Made by a program: the position numbers and the translations under genes
Source: Ascidiella aspersa
Taxonomy: Eukaryota
Assembly: GCA_963924565.1 (NCBI GenBank)
Contig: OZ004608.1
Span: forward strand, 29,574,001 to 29,638,000
Direction of reading: 5' to 3'
Length of the DNA stretch: 64,000 nt
Part shown: piece after piece, positions 51,401 to 63,669 of the stretch
Layout of the letters: every line of letters begins with the position of its first letter
Position numbering within the stretch: position 1 is the first letter of the stretch
The notes under the pieces: model-generated
Seen by the model: only the letters and a program-made list of their open reading frames with translations
Told to the model about the DNA's origin: nothing
The model's database searches: none

Positions 51401-54400
51401 CATTCAAACAAATGGAAATTTAGCAAGCATAGCTGCGTTTGCTTTGCAGAGGTGAATTCCCTTTGAAACATACCCCAGCACTTGTTTTGCAGAGGGCAAT
51501 TTGAAACATTTCCCAGCACTTGTTTTGCAGAGGGCAATTTGAAACATACCCCGGCACTTGTTTTGCAGAGGGCAATTTGAAACATTTCCCAGCACTTGTT
51601 TTGCAGAGGGCAATTTGAAACATACCCCGGCACTTGTTTTGCAGAGGGCTTCCCAACTAGTCGGTCGCGAAGCATTTCCAAAAGTTACAATTTTCTATTA
51701 TATCGGGAAATAATTGCATTATCGTTACGCAACATGTATGCAACAATGTAACAAATACGTCACAATCCAATATGCAACCCCATTTTTGTATTAATAGTAA
51801 ATTGCAGGTGTATGCATTGTTTCTTTTCTCATTAATTTGTTTTTTATTCGTTTGGTCGTATCTCATTGTGGTTCGCACAAAAAAACTTGCAATAAAAGTG
51901 GGTTGCGAACTGAAAAAGGCTGGAAGCACTACCCTGGAGCAGACCTCCTCAACCTGGGGGTTGTGGAACGAGTTTTAGGGGCCGCGAGGAGCAATAAAGA
52001 ACCTTCCCACCAACTGCTACATGACATATTAATCATATATTGTCTTGTTCTCGATATGCGTACTTGAAAAGTAATTCAACAAACCGTTCCTAACCAAGGC
52101 GCACATCATTTTAACAAACGACACAGATTACAGTTACACTATAAATGTTCAGTTTATCACTTTAAAACGTCGGTGTTTAATGTATCACTATGAACGAACC
52201 GAAAATATTTAATAAACTAAAAGGGTCCGAGGCTTAAAAAGTTGGGAAGCCCTTTTTCTGAAGTGTCGAAAAGCAATCGCGCCAATTGGCCCCACGCACA
52301 TGCGCAAAGAATGAATTAAATTATTTATCACTGAACAGTTGCAGTGCCGATCGGTAAAGACGTGCGCCATATGTTTGTGTGCATTGGCTATTTCGGACGC
52401 TTGACTGATAGTTAGTTAACTGGTCGGCCGTATTGCCCTTAAAGATAAGTGGATTGTATTTTCTTGTTTAAATGCCAAACTGCTTTGATTGATGAACTGA
52501 TTGAGTGCGACAATGAGACGGGTCAATGCGCCCTTAACGTTAACTATTGGAAAACACATCTTGACAAAAACCCAATACACAATTAAATCAAGCAGTGCCA
52601 GAAAAAAGGCACTAATTGCGAGTAACTGGTCTGCTGTTAGAACATACTGCGGAAATGGCGCTGTAGATACGAACAACAGTCTAATGGACTATTAGATTAC
52701 ACTAGAAACACTGGTATACTTGGCCCCAAAACAAATGGACATTTTCCACGTACTTTTCGGAATTAGGGACAATCGTTGAGCATAATTGCCACTTATGGAC
52801 TATTAATTATATTTCACTCAACGGTACACTTGAATTCAAAATACTGGGCATTGTCATGGAGGTTGATACCTATTGTAGTCTGTAGTTAAATGTGAAAAAC
52901 GGGCTACAACAATTGGGCATTATTTGCGTACAGGTTGAACACAGTGCGTATGTTGGCTATTTAGATATTGGAAAGAGGTTAATGGACTGTCAAATTACAC
53001 TTTAAAGCATTAGTACGCTGGACATTGTTGTGTAATTCAAGAAAAGCCTTCTCATGCAAAACAACCCAACTGAAGCAGTACAAGTATATGGGAATAATGG
53101 TGCGTGATTTGCGTTAAGGCACTGCTAACGTTTCTGTTTGAATATAAAAAAAATCCTAATGTAATGAGAGATTACCTTTTGTACATTGACCAGCTTGTAC
53201 AAATCTAGTCGAAATTTAGTACTTAAAATGTCACTGGCTCCTCTGATCTAACAGACACATTAATGTTAGTTCTCGAAACATCTAATTTTTTTGGCATCTG
53301 TCTTTACCTTTGTTATCTCCGCTGATGAGAGAATTGGTGTTGTTCATACTGGTGCAATGCACGGCGAACCAGTTGATCATACCGATGCCTGTAAAAGTTA
53401 GAAAACACGCTTTTCATAAATAACGAAAATATAGAATTTTTCGATAGGAATCGAAATATCACAACTCGCTGGATAAAGTAATTAGGAAAACTTCGCTGAT
53501 CATTGTGATCTTTACAAAACTAAACAGTTTTTTAAATTTAGTTTTAGCAGGATTAATACGTTTGTTCACAAGATTATTACGTGGAAGGTAAACGGTTATT
53601 TTATATTCGTTTTCACGGTTGGTAATTTCTATGCGTGGTTTAGATTCTTGCAAGTCGTACAAGCTAACACACACACAAGAAACACACACACCTTTGCCGT
53701 TCTCGTCCAAAAACTTCAACAGGGTCATTTGCGTGTCGACGTTGTAGGCGTATCTGAAAAAGCAAAAGCGACCGATTTAAAAGATAGGCGTACTTAAATA
53801 TAGTTTTGCAGACATATACTGGAAACGAAAGCGGAAGTATGCGATGTTTTAGACAACTGCAAAGTCGGCGAAACAAGCGGGTATTTTAGACCGAAGCTGC
53901 GTATAAAGTTTGCATCCTTGTATTTCCTTGTATATGGAGCGACGATGAAAACTTTTAAGATGAAGCAACACACATTTTTAATGTTGTTTTTTTGTACGTT
54001 CTGTGGCCTTCACTACAAAAACTCACTGTATGAAAGGAAGCTTAACGAATCAGGAATGCTCATTAGTGACGGTCACTGCTATCAAAAACAGCCGAAATCA
54101 AGTCAAAGTAAGTTTCACGTAAATTTTGAAGGTGAAAAGCATTCGTTCCAAACCTAACTGTATTTCGCCGCCTCCTAATAGCGCATCTCAACTTGAGATT
54201 TAGCAACGCTTTCGAATGACATGGGTCGTTTTTTGAAAACAGACATTAACTGAAAGCCCGTGAAATTACGAAGCGACCGCGTTTGCCTGGTTAGTGGTTA
54301 CATGGCAATCATGTTTACAAATCAACAAAACGTTTCCTGATACGGTTAGGAAGTTATTACGGATTTACAAAGCACAGTGCGACTACCACCTTCGGTACCT

Positions 54401-57400
54401 TCTCATGCGTTGATTACAAACTCACATCGACAGATTACAAACTCGCTTCCCGTAAAATGTACACTAATAATAAAAGAAAAAAGTTTCTCAGTTGCGAAAA
54501 TACATCTCTTTTAAGCAAAAAAATATGACATGAACTCATTATAATTAAAAAAAAACATGGTTTCTTGCAAGTATTAGATCAATAGATTTATACATGTTTT
54601 TTTCATAAGGGTTTCAGCTGTAACATAATTAACATTTACCGCCTAAATTATTGATGTTTTATGTTCAATTTGTTTGTTTCCAGATATTTTTAATGCCCGC
54701 ACAAACCTTCTATATTATTTCTACCCCAACGCACAATTGTGGGTCTTAATATGAAGCTTACACTGTTTAAAGGCAATAATTAAATAAAGCTTACATTTAG
54801 TTGGCCTGGCAAGATAAAAGTGTTTCATATTTGTTTTTTGTCTTTCGAAAAAAATTCGGAAACAATATTAAAAAAAAATAGAACAAAAAATCGGAAAGAC
54901 TTTTTATTTCACTTTCATAATAACCAAACAAAAAAGGGAAACACTTTTTACACTATTTCAGTTCGTCTTAAATTTTTTTAGTGCGGACCCCCTAAACTTG
55001 AAGAATATGTTTGGTTCACGTGAACCAGGGACGACATGAGATTTTCAGGGATGACGTCATGAAACATGTGGACTTAAGAAACCTACTGTTATAGTCCAAC
55101 AAATGTAAAACTGAAATAAAGTCTAAAAGGCGGCAAACTAGTTTTTTCATTAAACGACTTTCTTTTAAAAAAATTATTCTGTTTTTCAAATTTTACACCC
55201 AAGATTTTTATCAGGCCTTCATGGGCCCCCCAAAACTAATTCACGTACCCCAAAGGGGCCATCAACCCCAGTTAATGACCCTCGCACTATTTACATGTTC
55301 GCTGTTAAAATAATATACCGCTCCTCACCTATATAATAATAATATTAATTCGTTAAAAAACACCCCGAAATATTCGAAGACTTCGACGCCAAGACCAAAG
55401 ATGTCGCCTTGACTTTAGAGCCCGGGACATCCCCGGGGAATGTGGTAAAGCGGAAAGCAAAACGTTTGAAAAAAGGTGAGAAAATTGTTGACTTTTACAA
55501 TTATACTAATATACCGCGTCTCACCTTTTACGCTCGTCAGGAGGATTGTTGATGTAGGCCGAAGGACTCCGGTTGATGCTGGATCCGAGCAGCTCGCCCT
55601 TGCTCATGACGATGTGTCCGGGTGCGAGTCGGTCGTGGGCGATCCGGATGCTCTGGGAGGAAGAGCAGGAGGTAAAAATGTGGCGCCGATTTTGGCTCGG
55701 TTTTAAAACGAGTGTGCTTTTAAGGTAATCAAAATCGAGAAGTTCGCCGCAAGAGAACGCTGATTCGAATTGGAGTTGACTTGCTCTGATAATGACTTGA
55801 CTGGGACTTTACTTGAGTAACTGATGACTTGGACTGGGACTTTTTGTTATTTTTTTGGAAAAGACTAATTTGGACTTAATTAATTCATTTTGTCAAAGTG
55901 GGCGTAATTAAAAAGTTTACCAAATGTGATTGAAAAAGTTTATGCAACTTACTAATCGGTTGCTTAAAAAAAAAACGTATAATGTAAAATTATGTCAGGC
56001 GCTTAAAAACCGATAATGTAAACTATATATATGGTCCTATATTCTTTCGGTTTTTAGATAACGTCACGTTTCAATTTTATCCATTTTGATATTTTAAGCA
56101 TGGTAATGATGTCAATATGCATTACATCGGATGGCAAAACATTTTTGTCAAAAGTATAGGGTACCGTGAACAGATTAAATGTCTAAACATCTGACATTCC
56201 TACTTAAAAGGCAACCGTACCTCGACTATGCCGTCGACCATTGCCGTAAGGGTCTCAGGAATGTAGCCCATCGATGTGATTTGGAAAAGGACGTCTTGTA
56301 AGAATCCTGCGACCAAGAAAAATAAATAGTTAAATAATTAGTTAAGCAGAGAATCTGAAGTTTTGATGTTCACAGTGATTTCATTAACAAGGAAGTTCGC
56401 TGCAATGAGCAATGAGCATTGTATGACATATCGTAATTCAAACAGAGATTTTGAGATTAACCAACAAATAGTTACAGATCAGTAAACATCTTTAGAGATA
56501 ATAGAAAAGGCGATTTTTCTTTCTCGCAAAAAATCGTTAGTTAAAAAAACAGGTCATCGGTCAAGCTTAACTTGCAATCAGTCAGCGTCAAACAAAAAGA
56601 GATTGACGAGAGGTCAGTTAAAAACGCTGTGTAAGCGTTCCAAACGTTAAAAACCTCGATTTGAAACAATGGCTTCGTATACGTTTTACTAAAAAAACGC
56701 AAAATCGTGTAGATTGTTATTAAGCTAACGTTGCCTAAAAAGTTATTGTCCCGAAAATCTCTACCAAACTTGGCCTTTAACAGCTTTCTATATTCATACG
56801 CAAAACAATTACGAACATTTTTCCTGTAACAAAAAATCTATTTTTTTAACTTGTCCGTTTTAATCTCCAAGTGGTGCCTCAGGAATATTTGCACTTCATA
56901 AAGGCAATTCTAATAATGACGAAGTCGTTTTTTTTTAAGAGGTTTTATGGGTCAGTTGAAATTGCTTATCCGTTTCAGGCAATAATAAACCTTAGAAAAT
57001 GCACTGCAGTTTCACAGCAAGTACGAGCTGACACCAACAATATTGCTACCCCCTGAATTGCTGCAGGGGTCAATTTACCTGCAGGGGCGGAGTGGGTGTG
57101 CGTGCCGCTGATGCAAAGGTTCTCGGCATTGTAAATCTCTCCAAAGACTGCCTTAAGCTTCTTGATGACCTAAGAAAGCAAAAAAGAACACAGAGCGTTA
57201 AATCCGCATTCTTTCTACAGCAGTGGTGTGGTACTATACTGTAGATGGTGATTTTAGAAGGTTACAGTTGGTCCTTGGACAACGCTCTTAACCTGGAAAA
57301 TTTGTGGTGACACTGTGTATGACAGGGCCATACCTTTTTTAGTCAGATGACGCGGGTGGTTAGTGGACACCGCCATTTAAAAATCGGCCCGCCAAACCTT

Positions 57401-60400
57401 AATCCTAGTAATCGGCATTTAATAGTACAGCGTTGTTTTCCTTATCCGAATTACATGTCCATTTTTTAAAGGTTCAGTAACCAATTAATCCAAGAGAATT
57501 TTTTAAAGAAAAGCAGCAAGGTACAAAATGCTAAAAAGATCACACAATGCGATTAATTACATTTATTTATCCTGTACAACTATCTAAACAAGCCCCGTTT
57601 GGCGACACATGGTGGTCCAAGTAGTTTCAGGGGTACATAAAATACTGTTCTTTGTGTAAAAACCCACTAAATGTGGCACAATAAATTAGAATAGAGAAAG
57701 TAAACCCATCCAAAAAACCTCAGTATATAGTAAGCCTTTATATTTTCCTGTACATAGCATTTTCAATTCTTTTCAGACTAATTAGGCCATTGCCCACTAA
57801 AAAGTAAGGCTTTATATACTTCTGTATATAGCATTTTTTAATTCTTTTCAGAATATTAGGCCATTATCCACCAAAAATTAAGGCTTTGAATACTTATGTA
57901 TATAGCATTTATTAATGCTTTTCAGAATTTTAGGCCGTTACCCACTAAAAAATGCAAAAGATCTGTCGTGTAAATTGATTGAAAACTAAAGCCCGAAATT
58001 TAGGCAAAAAACGTGATAAATTAGGAGATCTGCGGTTTTAAGGCTCACAAGCTACACCCTGAAAAGTCGACATAAAAACGGCTCGATTGCACGACAGCGA
58101 AACCGACAGCAAAACGAGGCCATGCACTGCAGTCGTCGAACACGTACCTCGAGCTTGAGCAGCATGGAGCCCATGCACGCATCAATGTTGACAAACACAA
58201 AGCGTTTCTTGCCCGGCTGAGCCACGACGAAGGCGCGAGCGTACTGTCGGAAGTGGATGCCGCCCGCAACCTGATTCGGGTTTGCGTAGCCCATCTGAAA
58301 AAACACAAGAAGCGGCGTTACATATAGACGAATGCGTAGCGTATCACTGCTGACTGCTAGTTAGTTTTAAATCAGCACTTGGCTGTAAGTATTTCTTAAC
58401 CTATGGGTAGCGACCTAAATTTGGACCGATGTTTGATTTGTTGGGTTGGCGACTGAAGTGGTTTTATATTGTTAATTTTTTTAGATTAGTTCTCAGCAGG
58501 ATTTTTTTTCTTGCGACCTTAATCTTAATTTTCTCTACAATCCACAGTAATGATATTGTTTACTCTGCCGACGTAACCAAATCGCTTTGCCCACTCCCCT
58601 TGTTGAAATGTTCGTTGTCTACTCTATACGCTTCGCAACCGACAATAGATTTCCACCCCTGTGGACAGGCTGTGCGTTTGGGCCTTGTGCGTGTCAACGC
58701 AGAGCGGACATGAAATTGGCGCGCTACGTATTAGTTGCGTGTGTCGCCATATGCTGGGTTCGCCAGTGTCATACATCTGATGCGTTTTGAAGTGGCTGAA
58801 AGCATTTTGCGAACTACAACAGGGCCGCCAAATTAATTGCAAGCCTTTGATTTGCGCTGTAAACCTAAATGTTACAACTTGAATGGAATCGGGCAGAAAA
58901 CTTGAGGACACTTTTTCTTCGAATTTAATCGATGTCGTTCTATTTTGTTTTGTCGGTTAAAAGTGAATTAGGCGACCGAGTAGATGTAAAAGCCGACATT
59001 ATGCGGACAATAGCAGACACATTATTTTCAGTTACTTTAAAAAACGAAATGTTTTAATTTGAATTGGGCGAGGTTGACAACTTAGCTACACTTTTTTCGA
59101 ATCTAATCGATATCGTTCTATTTTGTTTTGTCGGTTAAAAGTAAATTAGGCGACCGTGTAGATGTAAAAGCCGACACTATAGGTGTGCAATAGCAAACTT
59201 ATCATTATCAGTAACTAGGTAAAACGAAACGACGAAAACACGACACTCTATATCGTTTGTTATAATCTTGCCTTAAAAAAGTGGCGCTCGCTGTGTATTT
59301 GACCATGATTGCGAACAAGCCATTAGTTAAAGGCGAAATCTAGCTTTATCCATGAAATATAGGATCTTCTTTAGGCTTTGATGTTTTACCTTGAATACTG
59401 TCAATTATAGCACGCAATCATTGGACACAAACGCCTTCCAGTCCCGTGTCCACGACCCAACGCATTATCATGCGATGCATATCAAGGCATACTACTACGA
59501 GAGTCGCAAAACCCCAGTCCAAGACGGTCGGCATGCAATTATTATATTAGGCACTCTATTAGTCACTGGTTATTTATGTACAGATGCATATGAGCGGGTA
59601 ATGGACGCTTCCCAGTCGGGCGCTTGATGGAACTGCGGCTTGACGCTTGACGGGAGGAAGTGGTTTTAAGGCTCTGGCTTATAAGAGGAGGCAATGCGCC
59701 GCTTCGACAAAACTTATTTCTATATTAAGTGCCTTCCGTTGGCGCCTTGCTTTCTGAGAAGCTGTTTTATTGCCGACTGATTGCGTTAACCTTTTTGAGG
59801 GTTGTGAACAAGTCATTTTGAAATGACTTAAATTCCAGTCAAGTCATTCGTAAATTAACTTAAGTTCAAGTCAAGTCTTTTTGACTAAATAACAAGTCAA
59901 GTCTCAGCCGAGTCATAATTAGAGTAAAGACTATAAAGTAGCGCACAGCCTTACAGTTCCAAATGTTCGTTGTAAACGTACATTGGCATTTCGATCAGTG
60001 CCAATCAAGGAAATGCGAGTGTCACAGCACAGTGAATTATTGCCGGTTGGTAAAGAAGACTTTATTCGATGATTTGTCAAACAACCTATCTTCTTGCTAA
60101 AAGCGCATTTTTACTGGATTTTAATAGATTTTCTGTAATAGTTAATTTAACACGGAATTTTAATCTACCGTAGACGTATGACGACAAATGCGTCATTTGG
60201 TTTCGGGTATTTAGAGATTATATAGTTCATATAAATCAAAAATCCTATTAAATCTCCACAAAAGGACAATCATAACGTATAAGTGAACGCAAAGTCACAA
60301 TATCCCAGTCGTGACGCGTTTATAACGATTCTTATCACTTATATACGCTCAGGCTCGGCCAAACCAAACAGATTACCGCGCGTAGTATCCAAACCGAACC

Positions 60401-63400
60401 AAGCTTATTGAGCAAACAATGACGTAATGGTGTGACCAAAACTTCCTCAAACGTATAAAAGCACTTATATGTGCCAGGCGATTTTACCCCCTTCATATAC
60501 ATAAGATCCAGAAATTAACAGGTACTACTTTTACTTGTTGAATAGTGATGTATAACTAAATAATGCACTGGTGTTTTTAGGCAACCGCAGTTACAATCCA
60601 TAATGTAAAAATGGTTTATTTATGGTCTATGTCGCTTTTGAACCTAATGCGTTTCCTGGTGTGTCGTAACCAAAAAAGTTCTTAAAAACGGTGATTACTG
60701 CAGGGAGGTTTACGAAAAACTTTTTGAAAAAAAATGCTTAGCGTCCGAAAAAAAAAAGTTTAAAAAGCGATGGTGTAATGTGGTAACTAAAAAAATTGAG
60801 AAAATTAACGACGTATTCTGTCGCAACAGAAACAAGTTTGTAAAGCTCCGTAGTAGTCTTGCTTATCTTGGGCAAACCGCAACATATTTTAGGATCTTGT
60901 TCGACATGAAGTCCACTTCCCAGGAATAAGAACGAACGGTCGCTCGATCCCACAAATAAGCCGTATAAAGCAACACGGGGGTGTTTCGACAAGCACGCGG
61001 CCCACTTATAAACGACGGGGAGTTCAATCCTATGTACAGTTGTCATAACACGACTAAACATGTAGCCGTGTTTCCCTTTGCTGTAAGTTTGTGTAGTAAA
61101 ATTTTCTTCACGCACACTTTTGGAATCAGAATACTGAATTCATACTTATCAATAAATTTGAAAGAAGTGTATACTGTGATTGTTTTATAAAAACATGTTA
61201 AAAAGATGAGTTTTTTAGAATGAGTTGAAATATATATTTCCCTTTTTCACCTTTTTGTTAAACAGCATGAATATTCAATTTAATCAGAAGCAAGATTATT
61301 TCTTTAAAATTGGAATGTCTGCGGTGGGAGATTGGGTTTACACACAAGTTTTACCACCAGGACAAGTTTATTAATATTGGAAAAAGCACAAGACACGGAG
61401 AAGCCATGCGAATTAAACATGAATTTGTTGGTAATGTGGTGAATTTGCGTGTTATTTTCAATAGTTTTTTTTCTAATTTATTTCTGGGTCGGCTAATGTT
61501 TATGTTCATATGAAAATGTATCAGATCAACACTGTCTGTAGCCCTAATCTGAGCGCATGTATAGTGAAAATGAAAATGCTTGATTTTTTATCTTTAATAA
61601 ACCTAAATAAATTTGGACCAAATGGTGTCTTTCGAAAGTAGGTGGTACGCAACGACAGTGAAGAGCCACTAGTTGGTACGCGACCGGAGTTTGAAAACTA
61701 CTGTTGTAAACGGCAGGCATTACCCAACTCCGCTTTCTGGTAAGGAGAAAATAATTCCGGGAACTTACCATGTTGGCGTCTGCTGCTGGTCCGGTGATAT
61801 CGGCACGTCCTACTCCGACTCGGTAGTTGGCTTTCTCGTCTGCGAACAAAACACACAAGATTATTTCTCGTCCGTAATCCCGTTCATTTGTTGTTTGGTA
61901 TTGTGGCGGATAAACGCGAAACCCTAAATTGCTGTTAAGTTGTTTATTGTTGCGTGCGCGTTTCTTATTTACCGCTGTAAGTGCGCCGAATCGGTTTTAA
62001 ATTTAAAAATGTTCCTCATTTATGATCAAACCGTTCTGCAAATCGAAACTTCTTATAAGAAATAATGAAAAATATTTACTAAGAATAATTATAAATGACT
62101 TTCTCTGCAAGTGTGCAGGGCTCTGTTGTAACCCAGTCAAAGTAACTTGGGTTATATATTAATTCGTCCTTTATATCACTTTCTAATTTTTTAGAATTCT
62201 ACTTGGATTGAATAGCAATTGTTCTGCTGGATTTCAATGCCCTTTCTGATAAATCGTCGCTATCTGACATGTGTTTTATCTCGCCTCTTTTGTTCGTTTC
62301 GTTGCGCCCTTTTAAATATTTATATCAATAAATTCAAAAACAATATTAGAGAATTCAATTTCATTTCTGTATATCCGGTGGGTTATTAATACCGACCACA
62401 AAGACGATAAATGTCTGCGCTCCTTTTTATGGCGGCGATGCTTTCGAGCAAAACTGATGGTTAAAATACAAAGATACACTTTACCCAAGTTAGAAGTATG
62501 TAGATTGATATAATTAATGAATTGCAGAGCCAAAAAGGTCGAGTAAGTCGACATCATCTTGATTAAGACGTTTCGATGCGAGCTTGTGTCAGTTTCAGTT
62601 AATGTTAATCAAGATGATGTCGATCTACTCGGCCTTTTTGCTTTGTAATTTATTATCAAGCTACATTATAGATCCGTGCATAGTGTACCCTAGAAGTATG
62701 TACTTCTTAAAAAATAACACCTTTAATGCATATAAAAACCTAATTTGTAAAATTAGAAAACAATTCTTCGAAAATGTTTCTGGCTTTTTTCGGGCAAAGT
62801 TCGTACTTTCGAGGTATACGTTCAACAAAAGAAAAATACTGTGCTCTTCAATCTACATTTTTCCGTTATTCAATTGAAAACGATGTTCGCCGGGTTTCGC
62901 GTTGGTCTTTGTATGACGCACGTGCGACGATGAATCGTTTAAAAAAACCGCACTTAACTCTCCACCAAGAAAAGGGTTAAGTTCTCAGAAAACCAAATGC
63001 AACTTTAAAAAAACGAATATACATAAGAATTGGGCTTCGGCGGAGCGCCATCAATTGATTTCGAGCGAGTAAGACAGGCACCCGAAAATCAAACAGGGCA
63101 CATTCAATAACGAGGACCAGATGGCACTCAACACAATGCGGCGGCTGCCATATCATAATGTGGCCGGGGATAATTGGAGCGGACAAATCGAGGTCGGGCG
63201 GTTCCAGGGAGGCCGACTTGGCCAGACACGTCCGCTTCTGTTCAGGGGTCGGCAAGTGCGCAAATCTACACTTTTGTTGAAGCTGTGTTTATTTTTTTCG
63301 TTATTTTACAAGGGCTGGTATACGCCAGTGTTGTAATGACTTAAGTATACAGTTTTACAACAGACTGCAACTCATCGCAGTTGGAGTACCACGAGTTCTT

Positions 63401-63669
63401 AGTTGGAGTATCACGAGTTCTTTGTCAATTGTTTAGCCATTGACTGGAAATCCCTCATCTTTTCTTAATTACGAAGATACTCATTAAGCATACTCACAGG
63501 GAGTCTCGCGTAGCAACAAAGGGCGCTCAAAGATCACGGGATTACTTGTGCACACCCCAGAAGCCGGTTTGTCGGTACATTTCAACTGATCACGACCGTA
63601 AGTGCTGCTAAGCACGGACAACATAGTGACCACCACCACCAGTGACCACGCAAAACGTTTGGACGACAT
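42235..63669 (-). CDS. ASAH2: Neutral ceramidase (N-acylsphingosine amidohydrolase 2-like), 736 aa, 18 exons
   Basis: Exons (minus): 63669-63498, 61839-61769, 58294-58148, 57169-57079, 56306-56221, 55652-55525, 53753-53692, 53388-53308, 50396-50259, 49054-48927, 47827-47528, 46586-46452, 46079-45981, 45257-45162, 44665-44522, 44061-44008, 43419-43334, 42427-42235(TAA). Total 2211 nt, in frame. Family motifs: GVGRADITGP, MMGYA, GTHTHSAP, INRSP, WFAVHCTSMNN, GDVSPN, FAAGTTDGPG, PGEFTTMSGRR, QRYEGAST. Confidence 0.96.
43334..43419 (-). CDS. ASAH2: Neutral ceramidase exon 17
   Basis: cag|ANMTFLTVERQLENGQWKVVHNDASWDT|gtaaga. Confidence 0.92.
44008..44061 (-). CDS. ASAH2: Neutral ceramidase exon 16
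   Basis: cag|GETVSVEFVAANPRNSPS|gtaagt. Confidence 0.9.
44522..44665 (-). CDS. ASAH2: Neutral ceramidase exon 15
   Basis: cag|GTPLNHETEAKDIKSDLMSFLPGVIYDSTSWGYSRGDVIVQPKDSYKV|gtaaga. Confidence 0.9.
45162..45257 (-). CDS. ASAH2: Neutral ceramidase exon 14
   Basis: cag|VQRYEGASTIYGPHTLQAYVQQYKKLARAASK|gtgagt. Confidence 0.93.
45346..45487. mobile_element. Palindromic MITE, family B (second copy ~37040-37140)
   Basis: Arms TACAGAAAGAGGTAGCATTTTGAACATTTCGAAT / ATTTGAAACGTTCAAAAAACTACCTATTTTTGTA. Confidence 0.6.
45981..46079 (-). CDS. ASAH2: Neutral ceramidase exon 13
   Basis: cag|TYAELYPHEKFEAVIAGLSNTYSDYIATFEEYH|gtgagt. Confidence 0.92.
46452..46586 (-). CDS. ASAH2: Neutral ceramidase exon 12
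   Basis: tag|MNSPYEWQPEVVDTQLIRIGQLVIAALPGEFTTMSGRRIKDAVLQ|gtgagc. Confidence 0.94.
46950..47231. mobile_element. Non-autonomous hAT element (MITE), 282 bp
   Basis: TIRs CAGGGCCGGATTAA / TTAATCCGGCACTG (1 mismatch in 14). Perfect 8-bp TSD CCTATAGT at 46942-46949 and 47232-47239. Confidence 0.85.
47528..47827 (-). CDS. ASAH2: Neutral ceramidase exon 11
   Basis: cag|ELYKNARD...CKPAMGFSFAAGTTDGPGAFDF...KPILVDTGE|gtaaga. Confidence 0.94.
48927..49054 (-). CDS. ASAH2: Neutral ceramidase exon 10
   Basis: cag|EPCDHVHSTCNGKVQNCIASGPGKDMFESTEIIGRNQFDKAM|gtaagc. Confidence 0.93.
49868..50277. repeat. ~137-155-bp tandem repeat x3 overlapping the exon 9 donor of the ceramidase
   Basis: AATTACAAATAACAAG(C/T)GTTT..AGCGATTAA occurs three times. 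The exon end plus donor is copied at 50115-50139. Confidence 0.85.
50259..50396 (-). CDS. ASAH2: Neutral ceramidase exon 9 (GDVSPN)
   Basis: cag|YAELLFEEALDPGSLPGHSDFVAAFAQSNEGDVSPNTRGPHCIDT|gtaggt. Confidence 0.93.
50549..50755. repeat. ACTCG/GACTTG short-motif array (transposon subterminal type)
   Basis: Dense ACTCGG/ACTCGA/GACTTG motifs. Related arrays occur at 9643-9755, ~55775-55845 and ~59808-59917. Confidence 0.6.
51462..51649. repeat. 38-bp minisatellite x5 with alternating variants
   Basis: TTTGAAACAT(AC/TT)CCC(A/G)GCACTTGTTTTGCAGAGGGCAA, head to tail, with no spacers. Confidence 0.92.
53308..53388 (-). CDS. ASAH2: Neutral ceramidase exon 8
   Basis: cag|IGMINWFAVHCTSMNNTNSLISGDNK|gtaaag. 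Confidence 0.93.
53692..53753 (-). CDS. ASAH2: Neutral ceramidase exon 7
   Basis: cag|YAYNVDTQMTLLKFLDENGK|gtgtgt. Confidence 0.9.
55525..55652 (-). CDS. ASAH2: Neutral ceramidase exon 6 (NRS)
   Basis: cag|SIRIAHDRLAPGHIVMSKGELLGSSINRSPSAYINNPPDERK|gtgaga. Confidence 0.93.
56221..56306 (-). CDS. ASAH2: Neutral ceramidase exon 5
   Basis: cag|FLQDVLFQITSMGYIPETLTAMVDGIVE|gtacgg. Confidence 0.92.
57079..57169 (-). CDS. ASAH2: Neutral ceramidase exon 4 (HTH zinc ligands)
   Basis: tag|VIKKLKAVFGEIYNAENLCISGTHTHSAPA|gtaaat. Confidence 0.93.
57731..57950. repeat. ~74-bp tandem repeat x3
   Basis: TATAGCATTT..AATTCTTTTCAGA..ATTAGGCCATT..CCACTAAAAA occurs three times. Confidence 0.8.
58148..58294 (-). 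CDS. ASAH2: Neutral ceramidase exon 3
   Basis: cag|MGYANPNQVAGGIHFRQYARAFVVAQPGKKRFVFVNIDACMGSMLLKLE|gtacgt. Confidence 0.93.
58908..59230. repeat. ~178-bp tandem duplication
   Basis: TCGTTCTATTTTGTTTTGTCGGTTAAAAGT.AATTAGGCGACCG.GTAGATGTAAAAGCCGACA occurs twice. Confidence 0.85.
61769..61839 (-). CDS. ASAH2: Neutral ceramidase exon 2
   Basis: cag|EKANYRVGVGRADITGPAADANM|gtaagt. Confidence 0.92.
62514..62661. mobile_element. Palindromic MITE, family A, copy 2
   Basis: GCCAAAAAGGTCGAGTAAGTCGACATCATCTTGATTAA ... TTAATCAAGATGATGTCGATCTACTCGGCCTTTTTG...ATTATCAAGCTA. Confidence 0.7.
63498..63669 (-). CDS. ASAH2: Neutral ceramidase exon 1 (signal peptide)
   Basis: MSSKRFAWSLVVVVTMLSVLSSTYGRDQLKCTDKPASGVCTSNPVIFERPLLLRETP|gtgagt; phase 1 matches exon 2. 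Confidence 0.75.

Noticed and set aside
51462-51649. CRISPR-like repeat (contains TTGAAAC, 38 bp)
   Set aside because: Units are contiguous with no unique spacers, there are no cas genes, and the context is a eukaryotic intron.
51376-51681. Three overlapping repetitive ORFs
   Set aside because: They are translations of the minisatellite.
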